Virus record (IMG/VR): IMGVR_UViG_2718218131_000002
Length of the DNA: 64,000 nt
Direction: 5' to 3' (one strand)
DNA from: a virus
Taxonomy: Duplodnaviria; Heunggongvirae; Uroviricota; Caudoviricetes
Shown: positions 1 to 8,444 of the stretch, one piece after another
Layout: each line of letters opens with the position of its first letter
Numbering within the stretch: the stretch's first letter is position 1
The notes under the pieces: model-generated
Told to the model about the DNA's origin: nothing
The model's input: the letters and a program-made list of their open reading frames with translations, nothing else
Databases searched by the model: none
Program-made: the position numbers and the translations under genes

Positions 1-169
1 TATCGCGTCCTCAACAATGAATTTTGTGATGCGATGCCTGGTGCCTCCAGGTGACGTTAACCAGTTAACAATTAACGCCGGATACAGAGAATCCACCCAT
101 AACACTGTTTTTGGTTTTAACTGTTCCGCGTGCGCTCAGCCGCATTCACCACATCACAAAATTCACTTT

Positions 170-227
170 AAAAAGGGCGGCAGAGCAGTCACGGAGTAAA
201 ACTGATACCGCCAAACGTCACCAGAAA
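170..227 (-). ncRNA. dicF: DicF small RNA (cell-division inhibitor sRNA of Qin-type prophages)
   Basis: Minus-strand sequence reads UUUCUGGUGACGUUUGGCGGUAUCAGUUUUACUCCGUGACUGCUCUGCCGCCCUUUUU, matching the recalled DicF sequence and ending in a terminator hairpin; lies downstream of ydfC as in the dicB operon. Confidence 0.6.
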
Positions 228-568
228 ATTGATAACAGAGGGCGTTGCAGCGGGGTTGTCACTTAAGCGTATGGTCAACCTGACAACCCGGTGTCCTCAA
301 CGGGGGAAGGAATAACCCCGCCATACTTACCGCCGCGCCATTTCGCGGATTGCCACAACCGGAAGCGCACGGTCGACGAAAATTTAACGACAGGCTATCT
401 ATGAACCAGCTACCTCGCCGTGCGCTTTCGCGTTATGGTCTGACTTTTCAGGGAAATATCCTTTCAGTAAACTGTCAATGCCGGATGCTCACCCGTGTCC
501 GGCGCACGCACTCCACCTCACCCGTGGAGAACTCCTTAATTACTAACCTTAGCTTTGTTGATTAGCTA

Positions 569-787
569 CTAACGCGGGTATGTAATCATTCTGGCAATGC
601 TTAATGCCGCTGCTTTTTCCAGATTGGTGATATCCTGCTCCAGAGCGGACAGATTTTCAGCCTGCTTAGCTCTGGCTTCATTGGCCCATTTCAGATCCTG
701 CGCTGCATTAATTTTCTGGTGCATCCACTCATAAAGTTCATCATCGGTATAGTCTGGCGCGATGATGACGGGTTCTCGTTTCTGCAT
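569..787 (-). CDS. ydfC: YdfC-like small protein of the dicB operon (72 aa)
   Basis: 72-aa ORF in the dicA-ydfA-ydfB-ydfC-dicF order; the length matches recalled YdfC. Confidence 0.45.
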   Translation of the reverse strand: MQKREPVIIAPDYTDDELYEWMHQKINAAQDLKWANEARAKQAENLSALEQDITNLEKAAALSIARMITYPR

Positions 788-816
788 ACTGATTCCTCGC
801 GGTGCTGTTTCGCTTA

Positions 817-945
817 TCAGCCGTTAGATTTTGCCGAACTGGAAAGCGCCTGTTTAAATTCGTTGAAGCTGAGAGCTTCTTCGCCTTCGGCAAGACCTTC
901 GAAGTATTCTTCGTAAGCCTTTTCCATGATTGTGTCGAAATCCAT
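817..945 (-). CDS. ydfB: YdfB-like small acidic protein (42 aa)
   Basis: Unlisted minus-strand ORF MDFDTIMEKAYEEYFEGLAEG...; its length and position match ydfB in Qin. Confidence 0.4.
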   Translation of the reverse strand: MDFDTIMEKAYEEYFEGLAEGEEALSFNEFKQALSSSAKSNG

Positions 946-946
946 A

Positions 947-1102
947 TCACTCACCTGAGTTTCTTTCCAGCCAGCGACGGGCACCATTTTCGGTTTTAAA
1001 CGTTTTGCTTTTGGTATACGTCATCGCGGTGAACGTACCGTCCTGGTTGGGAAACACGCCGTACACCAGAGATTCGTTGTTGCCAAGATCGATAGTATCC
1101 AT
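947..1102 (-). CDS. ydfA: YdfA-like small protein (51 aa)
   Basis: Internal start MDTIDLGNNESLVYGVFPNQDG... gives 51 aa, immediately downstream of dicA. Confidence 0.45.
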   Translation of the reverse strand: MDTIDLGNNESLVYGVFPNQDGTFTAMTYTKSKTFKTENGARRWLERNSGE

Positions 1103-1182
1103 GCTGACCTCATTTCCCCTTAACGCTGGGGTAGCGGAACTGTTTGCTGAGAACACCGTGCGGTGTGTTGATGCAAATAAGA

Positions 1183-1234
1183 TTAGCCATGGCTAACATA
1201 TAGGTCAAGTGATTTTGTATGTTATGGCTAACAT
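1183..1234. promoter_or_regulatory. Operator-like palindromes (TTAGC-N4-GCTAA type) in the dicA to ydfA intergenic region, probable dicB-operon promoter/operator
   Basis: Perfect palindrome TTAGCCATGGCTAA at 1183-1196 and a related copy at 1219-1234; the same motif recurs in the dicA/dicC intergenic region. Confidence 0.4.
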
Positions 1235-1268
1235 GATTGATGTGGTAAAAGATAACTCATTGATGATG

Positions 1269-1676
1269 TTATCTTTTATTTGTCCGCTGACGGGCTTTTA
1301 GTAATTCTTCAAAGAGTTTATTGAAGTTTTTTACTCGAGCTCGCATTTCGGCGAGCTGGGTATCCTGTTCTGATTCTGGCAGTGCATTAAACAGCTCAAG
1401 GAGCTCTAGTTCTTTGGGGGATAAGGCAACTGGCTTCTCAACAGGTGGTGTTGGTTGCTTGTCTTCATCGCCAAATAGAATCCATGTTGGTGAGCATTGC
1501 AATACTTTGCTGAGGGCAAAAAGGTTCTTCCCTGTAGGTTCACTATCATCCCGTTCCCATTGTGATACAGACACATGGGAGATTTTCAGGGCTTTAGCAA
1601 GAGACCTTTGGGTGTGTTTGAGGTTTTTCCGACGATACCTAATGCGTTCGCCGATAGTTAAATTTTTTGTTTCCAT
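1269..1676 (-). CDS. dicA: DicA, XRE-family HTH repressor (cI-like immunity repressor of Qin-type prophage)
   Basis: 135-aa ORF METKNLTIGERIRYRRKNLKHTQRSLAKALKISHVSVSQWER... with an HTH_XRE motif, divergent from dicC. Confidence 0.85.
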   Translation of the reverse strand: METKNLTIGERIRYRRKNLKHTQRSLAKALKISHVSVSQWERDDSEPTGKNLFALSKVLQCSPTWILFGDEDKQPTPPVEKPVALSPKELELLELFNALPESEQDTQLAEMRARVKNFNKLFEELLKARQRTNKR

Positions 1677-1678
1677 AG

Positions 1679-1742
1679 TTAGCTAATGCTAAATCGTATT
1701 GACTATGTTTTTGTTAACATCTATTTTGTTAGTTATGACTAA
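1679..1742. promoter_or_regulatory. Divergent dicA/dicC promoter-operator region with TTAG(C/T)-N4-(G/A)CTAA palindromes
   Basis: TTAGCTAATGCTAA at 1679-1692 and TTAGTTATGACTAA at 1729-1742, between divergently oriented repressor genes. Confidence 0.4.
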
Positions 1743-1759
1743 CAATAAAGGTGTTTTAA

Positions 1760-1990
1760 ATGCTTAAAACTGACGCTCTTTTGTATTTCGGTTCAAAAAC
1801 AAAACTTGCACAAGCAGCAGGTATTCGTTTGGCTTCGCTTTATAGCTGGAAAGGGGATTTAGTTCCCGAAGGTCGCGCGATGCGTCTACAGGAGGCATCT
1901 GGCGGGGAGCTTCAGTATGATCCCAAAGTTTATGATGAATATCGTAAGACGAAGCGGGCGGGGCGGTTGAACAATGAAAATCACTCCTGA
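1760..1990 (+). CDS. dicC: DicC, Cro-like regulator
   Basis: 76-aa ORF MLKTDALLYFGSKTKLAQAAGIRLASLYSWKGDLVPEGRAMRLQEASGGELQYDPKVYDEYRK, divergent from dicA. Confidence 0.8.
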   Translation: MLKTDALLYFGSKTKLAQAAGIRLASLYSWKGDLVPEGRAMRLQEASGGELQYDPKVYDEYRKTKRAGRLNNENHS

Positions 1991-2495
1991 ACAGGCTCGT
2001 GAGGCTCTGGATGCCTGGATATGTCGACCAGGAATGACACAGGAGCAGGCGACGATATTAATCACTGAAGCATTCTGGGCTTTGAAAGAGCGCCCGAACA
2101 TCGATGTTCAGCGTGTCACAGATGAAGGTGGCGCGGTTGATCAGCGAGCGCTTGGCGTTAATCGAGTGAAGATATTCGAACGCTGGAAGGCTATCGACAC
2201 CAGGGATAAGCGTGAAAAGTTCACGGCGCTAGTGCCTGCGATTATGGAGGCTATCCGGATTAGTGATTTCAGGTTGTATCGTGAGATCAGTGATGGAAAA
2301 AGTATTACGTACATGATCGCCGGGTTAAATAAAGAATATGGCGATGTGGTGGAATCCGGACTGCTTTTTGCAGATCCTGCCGTTGTAGATCGTGAAACTG
2401 ACGAACTTATAGAAAAAGCAATTGCTTTCAAGCTTGCGTATCGACAGCAATACCAACAAAAAGCTGGATGGAATTATGAGTCTTCTTTTTGCTGA
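1974..2495 (+). CDS. YdaT-like prophage protein (DUF1019-type), function uncertain
   Basis: 173-aa ORF directly after the cro-like gene; central segment ERWKAIDTRDKREKFTALVPAIMEAI resembles recalled YdaT. Confidence 0.4.
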   Translation: MKITPEQAREALDAWICRPGMTQEQATILITEAFWALKERPNIDVQRVTDEGGAVDQRALGVNRVKIFERWKAIDTRDKREKFTALVPAIMEAIRISDFRLYREISDGKSITYMIAGLNKEYGDVVESGLLFADPAVVDRETDELIEKAIAFKLAYRQQYQQKAGWNYESSFC

Positions 2496-3390
2496 ACGCC
2501 CACTGGTTATAAACACGCAGCTGGCAATGAAAATTGGCTTAAACGAAGCCATTGTTTTGCAACAACTGCACTACTGGTTGAGAGATACCAACTCCGGCAT
2601 GGAATGTGATGGTGTTCGCTGGATTTATAACACAACGGAACAATGGCTGGAACAGTTCCCATTCTGGTCAGAGTCAACGTTAAAGCGCGCGTTTGCAAGT
2701 CTGAAAACGCTGGGGCTTTTGCGTTGTGAAAAGCTCAATAAATCAAAGCGCGATATGACCAATTTCTACACGATCAACTACGGGAGCGAGCTTTTAGATG
2801 GTGGCAAATTGAGCGAATCCATCGGTTTAAAATGCGCCGCTCCATCAGGTCAAAATGACACGATGGAAGAGGTCAAAATGAAACGCTCCATTGGTTCAAA
2901 ACGACTCAATGTCATCGGGTCAAAATGGCCTGATGATCTTACAGAGAATACAACAGAGATTACTACAGAGAATAAAAAGACTTCTCGTCCGGAAGCTTCG
3001 CAACCGGACCCGCAGACGGTTGAACAGGATTTTTTAACCCGACACCCTGACGCGGTTGTGTTCAGTGCGAAAAAACGCCAGTGGGGCAGCCAGGAAGATT
3101 TGGCGTGTGCGCAGTGGATCTGGGGGCGAATCGTGAGTCTTTACGAGCAGGCCGCCAGCGATGATGGCGAGATTTCGCGACCGAAAGAACCCAACTGGAC
3201 CGCATGGGCCAACGACGTGCGCACAATGCGGATGCTGGATGGCAGAACTCACAGACAAATTTGTGAAATGTTTGGTCGGGTGCAGCGGGATCCATTCTGG
3301 GTAAAAAATATCATGAGTCCGTCAAAGCTTCGCGAAAAATGGGATGAACTGGTTATCCGCCTGGGCGTTCGTCTGTACAGCGTTGTGTGA
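2476..3390 (+). CDS. Phage replication initiation / replisome-organiser protein (N-terminal HTH, DnaT-like C-terminal region)
   Basis: Probable start at MSLLFAERPLVINTQLAMKIGLNEAIVLQQLHYWL...; occupies the position of the lambdoid O gene. Confidence 0.55.
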   Translation: MSLLFAERPLVINTQLAMKIGLNEAIVLQQLHYWLRDTNSGMECDGVRWIYNTTEQWLEQFPFWSESTLKRAFASLKTLGLLRCEKLNKSKRDMTNFYTINYGSELLDGGKLSESIGLKCAAPSGQNDTMEEVKMKRSIGSKRLNVIGSKWPDDLTENTTEITTENKKTSRPEASQPDPQTVEQDFLTRHPDAVVFSAKKRQWGSQEDLACAQWIWGRIVSLYEQAASDDGEISRPKEPNWTAWANDVRTMRMLDGRTHRQICEMFGRVQRDPFWVKNIMSPSKLREKWDELVIRLGVRLYSVV

Positions 3391-3480
3391 ATCATATTTC
3401 TGAGCCGGATACCGAAATTCCGCCGGGCTTCAGGGGGTAAGTGTTAATTTCTGGTCATGAGGTAATTTTCAGGAGGGCTT

Positions 3481-3903
3481 GTGGCAAAAGTTTTTACACA
3501 AGAAGAGCGGGAAAAAATTAAAGGGCAGGTTGTTGAACTCGTACGCCGGAGTGGGCGTGAGACGTTACGGCAACTGGAAGTCAAGACAGGTGCGACAAGA
3601 TATCTGATGAGCGTTCTCGCAAGAGAGCTGGTTGCCAGCGGCGATGTATACAACTCTGGTTACGGGTTATTCCCGTCTGAACAGGCGCGTAAGGACTGGC
3701 AAAATGCCCGTAAAAAGCTCTCAAGGGCAAAGCTGAAGGAACCATCTGCGGTTGATCCGGACCTTATCTGGTCATTACCTGACGGAGAAATACGTCGCTA
3801 CGACAGGCGTCAGAACATAATCTGTCGCGAGTGCCGGAAGAGTGAAGTTATGCAGCGCATACTAGCATTCTATCAGGGAAATGCTCGATATTTATTGAAG
3901 TGA
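3481..3903 (+). CDS. Hypothetical phage protein (140 aa, GTG start)
   Basis: ORF of typical GC content after the replication gene; no recognised motif. Confidence 0.35.
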   Translation: MAKVFTQEEREKIKGQVVELVRRSGRETLRQLEVKTGATRYLMSVLARELVASGDVYNSGYGLFPSEQARKDWQNARKKLSRAKLKEPSAVDPDLIWSLPDGEIRRYDRRQNIICRECRKSEVMQRILAFYQGNARYLLK

Positions 3904-4155
3904 TGAGATTAAAGTTTATTAGTTCAGATATTGATTGGCTCTTTTGTGGAGTAGGGTAGAGTTAGTGTGTTTGTCTGCTTGGTGCCAGCAGCGGATATGT
4001 TTAACAACAGAAAGCATTCAGCATGGTTAGTGGATTTGCAAAGTGGATTAGGATTTGAGAAACTTTGATGAAGTTGTAAAGCTTGTTTCTATAAAAATAG
4101 AAATTTAACTAATAGTTAAACACACCTCCAGCTTCATTGAAAAGGATTATTAGCT

Positions 4156-4443
4156 ATGATTGATCCACTTATTAGAAACTTACAGAGTGATATTGCACTA
4201 CTCCAGCTTTATATCGCGCAACGCAAACAGGCAGGCTTTCATGACATGGAAAGAATAATTGAGTCATTGACCATCTTTATGTTTCGCGCGCTGAAAATGG
4301 GTGAACTGGTAAACATGAATCAGATTAAAGTTAATTTTCCCGCCATTGATTTAGCTGATAATAAAAACATGATAGCAGTTCAAGTTACTACGAATGCAAG
4401 TCCAGCAAAAATTAAAAAACTATCGAATCTTTTGAGAAAATAA
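4156..4443 (+). CDS. Hypothetical protein, N-terminal part of a probably frameshifted ~300-aa gene (AT-rich accessory island)
   Basis: ATG with AAGGAT ribosome-binding site; the ORF ends just after an A6 run while the downstream frame is already open from 4416. Confidence 0.45.
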   Translation: MIDPLIRNLQSDIALLQLYIAQRKQAGFHDMERIIESLTIFMFRALKMGELVNMNQIKVNFPAIDLADNKNMIAVQVTTNASPAKIKKLSNLLRK

Positions 4444-4559
4444 ATGAAATAGGAGAGAGTCTGAAAGATAAATACTCTACTTTATATATTTTTGGTTTTT
4501 GTAAAGCCTCAAGATACCTAACTCCAAGTTATTGTAAAATAATCGACCCCAGCTATTTC

Positions 4560-5054
4560 GTGAATGAACTTTGCGATAAAGCAGATGAAGATATGGTCCA
4601 GGATATGATTGACGCCATTCGACGCCATCATGATTATACATCATTACATCCATGGAGTGATAAAGATTCACTCGAAATTATACTCAATATTATTAATCGC
4701 AATGCAATAAAACATCGGATGAGTTGCGAAGGCAGTCTGTCTGATATGCTCACTGGTTTAAAAGAAATTAATGAAGTAATTACAAAAGGAACAATTCAAC
4801 GTAAGCAACGTTCAAAATCGATATCTGACTTCAAAGATCAAAGCATGGTGAAATTTATGAGAGGTGTAATGGATGATTTGTCTGTTATTCAAGCCATAGT
4901 GAACAAATCTAAAGTTAACCAAGGTGATATGGTTTATATAAGCCATGAAGATATGATTAATATTGATAAATTAAAAGCTAAAATAGCAAGTGATTCATCA
5001 GAGATTGCAAGGCTAAATAATATTGATATAACACTAAATGTTGTTGATTTATAA
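4560..5054 (+). CDS. Hypothetical protein, C-terminal part of the same disrupted gene
   Basis: Reading frame is open from 4416 (no start codon until GTG at 4560) and overlaps the end of the upstream ORF; AT-rich codon usage. Confidence 0.45.
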   Translation: MNELCDKADEDMVQDMIDAIRRHHDYTSLHPWSDKDSLEIILNIINRNAIKHRMSCEGSLSDMLTGLKEINEVITKGTIQRKQRSKSISDFKDQSMVKFMRGVMDDLSVIQAIVNKSKVNQGDMVYISHEDMINIDKLKAKIASDSSEIARLNNIDITLNVVDL

Positions 5055-5368
5055 TTGTCGATTTAGCAAAACAGAGAATGCTTTGAAAGTTTCACCGAGA
5101 AATATTTATTGTGAACCTCCTTATTGTTTATCGACTTTTACTCTCCGCTCATTGCAGTACTGTCGGAGAAGGCTACTATGTACAAGAAGCAGCTAACATA
5201 AGCGAGCATCACTATTGATATTAGGAAGAGTATATAAAAACTTCATGCTGAACCTTACAAAAGTAGGTAAACCGGCAATGGCCTAAGTGGCAGGGTCATG
5301 TTGATCCGGCACTGCCGAGCTAATAATTAACAAGCAAATCACTCTTTCTAATAATTTGTTGAAATAAA

Positions 5369-6028
5369 CTAAATATGTATATGTTTACCAACAACCACAT
5401 ATGAACTACCTGCTTTGCTCCATGATTTTATTATTTCTAAATTATTATCTGAGCATATTTTACTTACAGTATCCACATCTAATAAACCATAGTAGAAAGC
5501 ATTGCGAGAGTTTTGGTATATATACCCATGCAAATGTTTAATACCGCTCTCGTACCTCTTGAAATAAGAACTTTTGTATTGATTGACAATCAGTGCTTCA
5601 CCATCACTCTTTAATAATTCTCTAATCGCACTGAGGACTTTGTGAATTGTGGATTCACATGGAATTGCGGAAAGCACGTTTGCGCAAAGTATGAAATCAT
5701 AATGATTTGTTATTTTATCTATATTTTCATAAGAAACAATATTAGCATTCTTATAGTTATTTATCACGTAATCTGGAATCGTGGTTTGTACACCTCTGAT
5801 AATTTGCACTCTTTCTAGTTGTCTTCTGGAATCTAAAAATGTCACAGTTTCAAATTTATTTACTAATTGTTCTGAATATCTAAGTTTTCCACATCCAAAA
5901 TCAAGGGCATTGCCATTTTTATTAGTGCTTTCAATCTGTTTACAGAGATAGTTAGATGGCATAGTGTGCGGTTTCGCTGCATTTTCTGAACGTATGTTTA
6001 TTCCATTTATTTTGTAATTCAAAATCAA
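5369..6028 (-). CDS. Class I SAM-dependent methyltransferase (219 aa)
   Basis: Motif I LDFGCGKLRYSEQL, acidic motif FLD and ILCANVL motif; about 30% GC; 6 bp downstream of the membrane-protein gene. Confidence 0.7.
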   Translation of the reverse strand: MILNYKINGINIRSENAAKPHTMPSNYLCKQIESTNKNGNALDFGCGKLRYSEQLVNKFETVTFLDSRRQLERVQIIRGVQTTIPDYVINNYKNANIVSYENIDKITNHYDFILCANVLSAIPCESTIHKVLSAIRELLKSDGEALIVNQYKSSYFKRYESGIKHLHGYIYQNSRNAFYYGLLDVDTVSKICSDNNLEIIKSWSKAGSSYVVVGKHIHI

Positions 6029-6034
6029 CCTCGT

Positions 6035-6742
6035 TTAAAAAATATTGTTATTGTTAAAGAATTCTTTTATTTTGCTATCAGGTATTTGTCTTACTTGGCT
6101 TTCTGTTCTTGGTTTAACTGATGCTATGAAAATAAGGAAGTCAAATGCGACAAGAGAAATAATCCACAACCAAAGATTAATTAAAGAGCCAGTAACAGAG
6201 AATATATTTGTTAATTTGGCGATACTTATTATTAAAATAGTAACAAATGCGATTACTGTATGTTCAAAGAAAACCCAAAAGTAATAAACTTTGTTCCAGA
6301 AAAGTTCAACGTAATGTTTGTCTTTTAACTCTTTAACTTCTGGGTAATACAGTTTACTCATTACCTTGTGAGATTCATCAGTAGTTAATTTTCTCGTAAC
6401 GCCTGCAATTTTTGCTAATGGTTTAATAATTAAATGACTATCCCACATCTTCCTTATTCCAATAATTTTTGCTACATTATTATGTAGATCTAAAGCTCCA
6501 CTAATTACTGACCAAAAAACTGAAGATGCAATTGGTAATATGCCAAAGGTTAATATCCATTTAATAAATTCCTCGTAGTCTTTAACGGGGGGGATATACT
6601 TGGCATTAATGCCAACCAATGGCATGTAGCCATAAATGACTAATGATAGGTAAAATATAAATGTAGTAATAAAAGTCGCCTTATGGAGCATAGGCAACAT
6701 TTCATTATAACTCTTTGGTGGTTCTAACATTTTACTCTCCAA
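6035..6742 (-). CDS. Multi-pass integral membrane protein (235 aa), unknown function
   Basis: Several long hydrophobic segments (FITTFIFYLSLVIYGY, ILTFGILPIASSVFWSVISG, FVTILIISIAKL, LWLWIISLVAFDFLIFIAS); apparently co-operonic with the methyltransferase. Confidence 0.6.
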   Translation of the reverse strand: MESKMLEPPKSYNEMLPMLHKATFITTFIFYLSLVIYGYMPLVGINAKYIPPVKDYEEFIKWILTFGILPIASSVFWSVISGALDLHNNVAKIIGIRKMWDSHLIIKPLAKIAGVTRKLTTDESHKVMSKLYYPEVKELKDKHYVELFWNKVYYFWVFFEHTVIAFVTILIISIAKLTNIFSVTGSLINLWLWIISLVAFDFLIFIASVKPRTESQVRQIPDSKIKEFFNNNNIF

Positions 6743-7171
6743 ACACTCAAAAAAAAGCTAATCTTCTATAATAACGAAATTCAGCTGGCACAATTAAAGA
6801 TTAATTGCCACCAATTTCTTGATTTTATAATTTTATCTAAATGTTTTTGATTAATCTAGTCCTAAAAGAAACCTACTGCATAAATATTTATGCTGATGAC
6901 CCACTCCCTGTTCGTTAACACATAGCAACGTTAGTAATGCATCCTAAGTGATCAATATTTTTGCTAGCTTCATCTGCTCGCTCAAAGGGAACTATAATGT
7001 TGGCTTGCGTGTGACTTGGCATGTTTAAAGAAGTGCTGGTGGTGACTGGTTGCTGTTTTCCATTTCCACAGAACAAAATCATAGAAACTATACCCAGTAG
7101 TTGTATTGAATCACTGACGAGACAGCCTCATATTTATCAGGACTGGTGTACGTCCAATACAGGAGGTTGTG

Positions 7172-7267
7172 GTGCTGGTTCTCAAATGTGCGCTGGCTAT
7201 TGCTGCTGTAATGGCAATTTATTGTCTTGCTGTTGTTCTTATGGATCACCTTTCTGATTGATTTCAT
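7172..7267 (+). CDS. Candidate small hydrophobic peptide (31 aa, MLVLKCALAIAAVMAIYCLAVVLMDHLSD)
   Basis: Canonical AGGAGG ribosome-binding site 5 nt upstream of GTG; one transmembrane-like helix; it overlaps the listed Cys-rich ORF in another frame. Confidence 0.3.
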
Positions 7268-7472
7268 ATTGGCGAGGTAACGGTAGTTAAGTAGAATTGC
7301 TGCGGGTGCTTGAGGCTATCTGCCTCGGGCATCAACACCAAAGGCAGATAGAGAAAAGCCCCAGTTAACATTACGCGTCCGGCAAGACGCTTAACATTAA
7401 TCTGAGGCCATATCTATGCTCTACACACGTAGGTTAGCCTCTTACGTGCCGAAAGGCAAGGAGAAGCAGGCT

Positions 7473-7628
7473 ATGAAGCAGCAAAAGGCGATGTTAATCG
7501 CCCTGATCGTCATCTGTTTAACCGTCATAGTGACGGCACTGGTAACGAGGAAAGACCTCTGCGAGGTACGAATCCGAACCGGCCAGACGGAGGTCGCTGT
7601 CTTCACAGCTTACGAACCTGAGGAGTAA
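7473..7628 (+). CDS. hokD: Hok/Gef-family type I toxin (51 aa), HokD/RelF-like, with an in-frame Mok-like upstream extension from 7416
   Basis: MKQQKAMLIALIVICLTVIVTALVTRKDLCEVRIRTGQTEVAVFTAYEPEE; structured leader upstream; terminator downstream. Confidence 0.8.
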   Translation: MKQQKAMLIALIVICLTVIVTALVTRKDLCEVRIRTGQTEVAVFTAYEPEE

Positions 7629-7696
7629 GAGACCCGGCGGGGGAGTAATCTCCCGCCACCTCTGATGTGCCAGGCATCCTCAACGCACCCGCACTT

Positions 7697-7717
7697 AACC
7701 CGCTTCGGCGGGTTTTT
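7697..7717 (+). terminator. Rho-independent terminator after hok
   Basis: Hairpin CCCGC-TTCG-GCGGG followed by TTTTT. Confidence 0.6.
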
Positions 7718-7793
7718 GCATTAGTCTGGTTGACAAAAATAGAAAAATGCGAAAATATGTGGTTTACGAATTCTAAAAAAAGCGAAACTTGAA

Positions 7794-8444
7794 ATGAATG
7801 AAAATCAGTTAGCTCCTTGTTGGGAATTTCAACCTTATCTTGCTGAAAACTATGTTCGCCACTTGTTGGCGGAGATCGCTAACGTACTTGAGCAGCTGTA
7901 CTATCATAAGCACGCATTAGACAGCAACTGGTCTGAAGGTGTAAGGGCTTATGATTGGGTCAGAAATCATCTTATTCAAAATGAAGATGCAATTCCTGGC
8001 CTTGAGATGATTTCCAAGGGGTTGGACTATGTAGTTGCTTTAAATAAAGTTCCGCTACAATTTACCAAAGATTGCATTAATAACCCCAAAAAGAAACATC
8101 GTCTGCGTCGAAATAAAGTAGAGTATGAGCAACTCTCATTGTTTGGTGATGTTGAGGCTGAGCAAGATATTACATGGCGAGTCATAGCTGAGCCTTTTTT
8201 ATCCGAAGAGGGCGATGGTGAATTAGAGTCCACACTGCCTCGTTGGGAGGTAGCTCTTGTTGGATTTAATACTTATGGTGCTCAGATTAGTATAGTTTCT
8301 CATCAATCTACAGCATCGATGCCGCTTATGCCTCTTGATTATAACACACTCCCTGACGAAGCGGAGATTAATAAGGTGCCTCTTCGTCGGCGTACGAAGG
8401 ATAAAGATTTGGATGTGAGCAGTGATGGAACATCAGGTGAATAA
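7794..8444 (+). CDS. Hypothetical protein (216 aa), partner of the downstream HTH-peptidase gene
   Basis: ORF overlaps the next gene by 23 bp; no recognisable motif; acidic C-terminus. Confidence 0.5.
   Translation: MNENQLAPCWEFQPYLAENYVRHLLAEIANVLEQLYYHKHALDSNWSEGVRAYDWVRNHLIQNEDAIPGLEMISKGLDYVVALNKVPLQFTKDCINNPKKKHRLRRNKVEYEQLSLFGDVEAEQDITWRVIAEPFLSEEGDGELESTLPRWEVALVGFNTYGAQISIVSHQSTASMPLMPLDYNTLPDEAEINKVPLRRRTKDKDLDVSSDGTSGE

Noticed and set aside
7021-7257. 78-aa cysteine-rich ORF (GGCGAGSQMCAGYCCCNGNLLSCCCSYGSPF) that looks like a bacteriocin or RiPP precursor
   Set aside because: No ribosome-binding site at its start; the Cys codons arise from reading the GCT/GTT-rich coding sequence of the overlapping 31-codon hydrophobic peptide in another frame, and that peptide has a consensus AGGAGG site.
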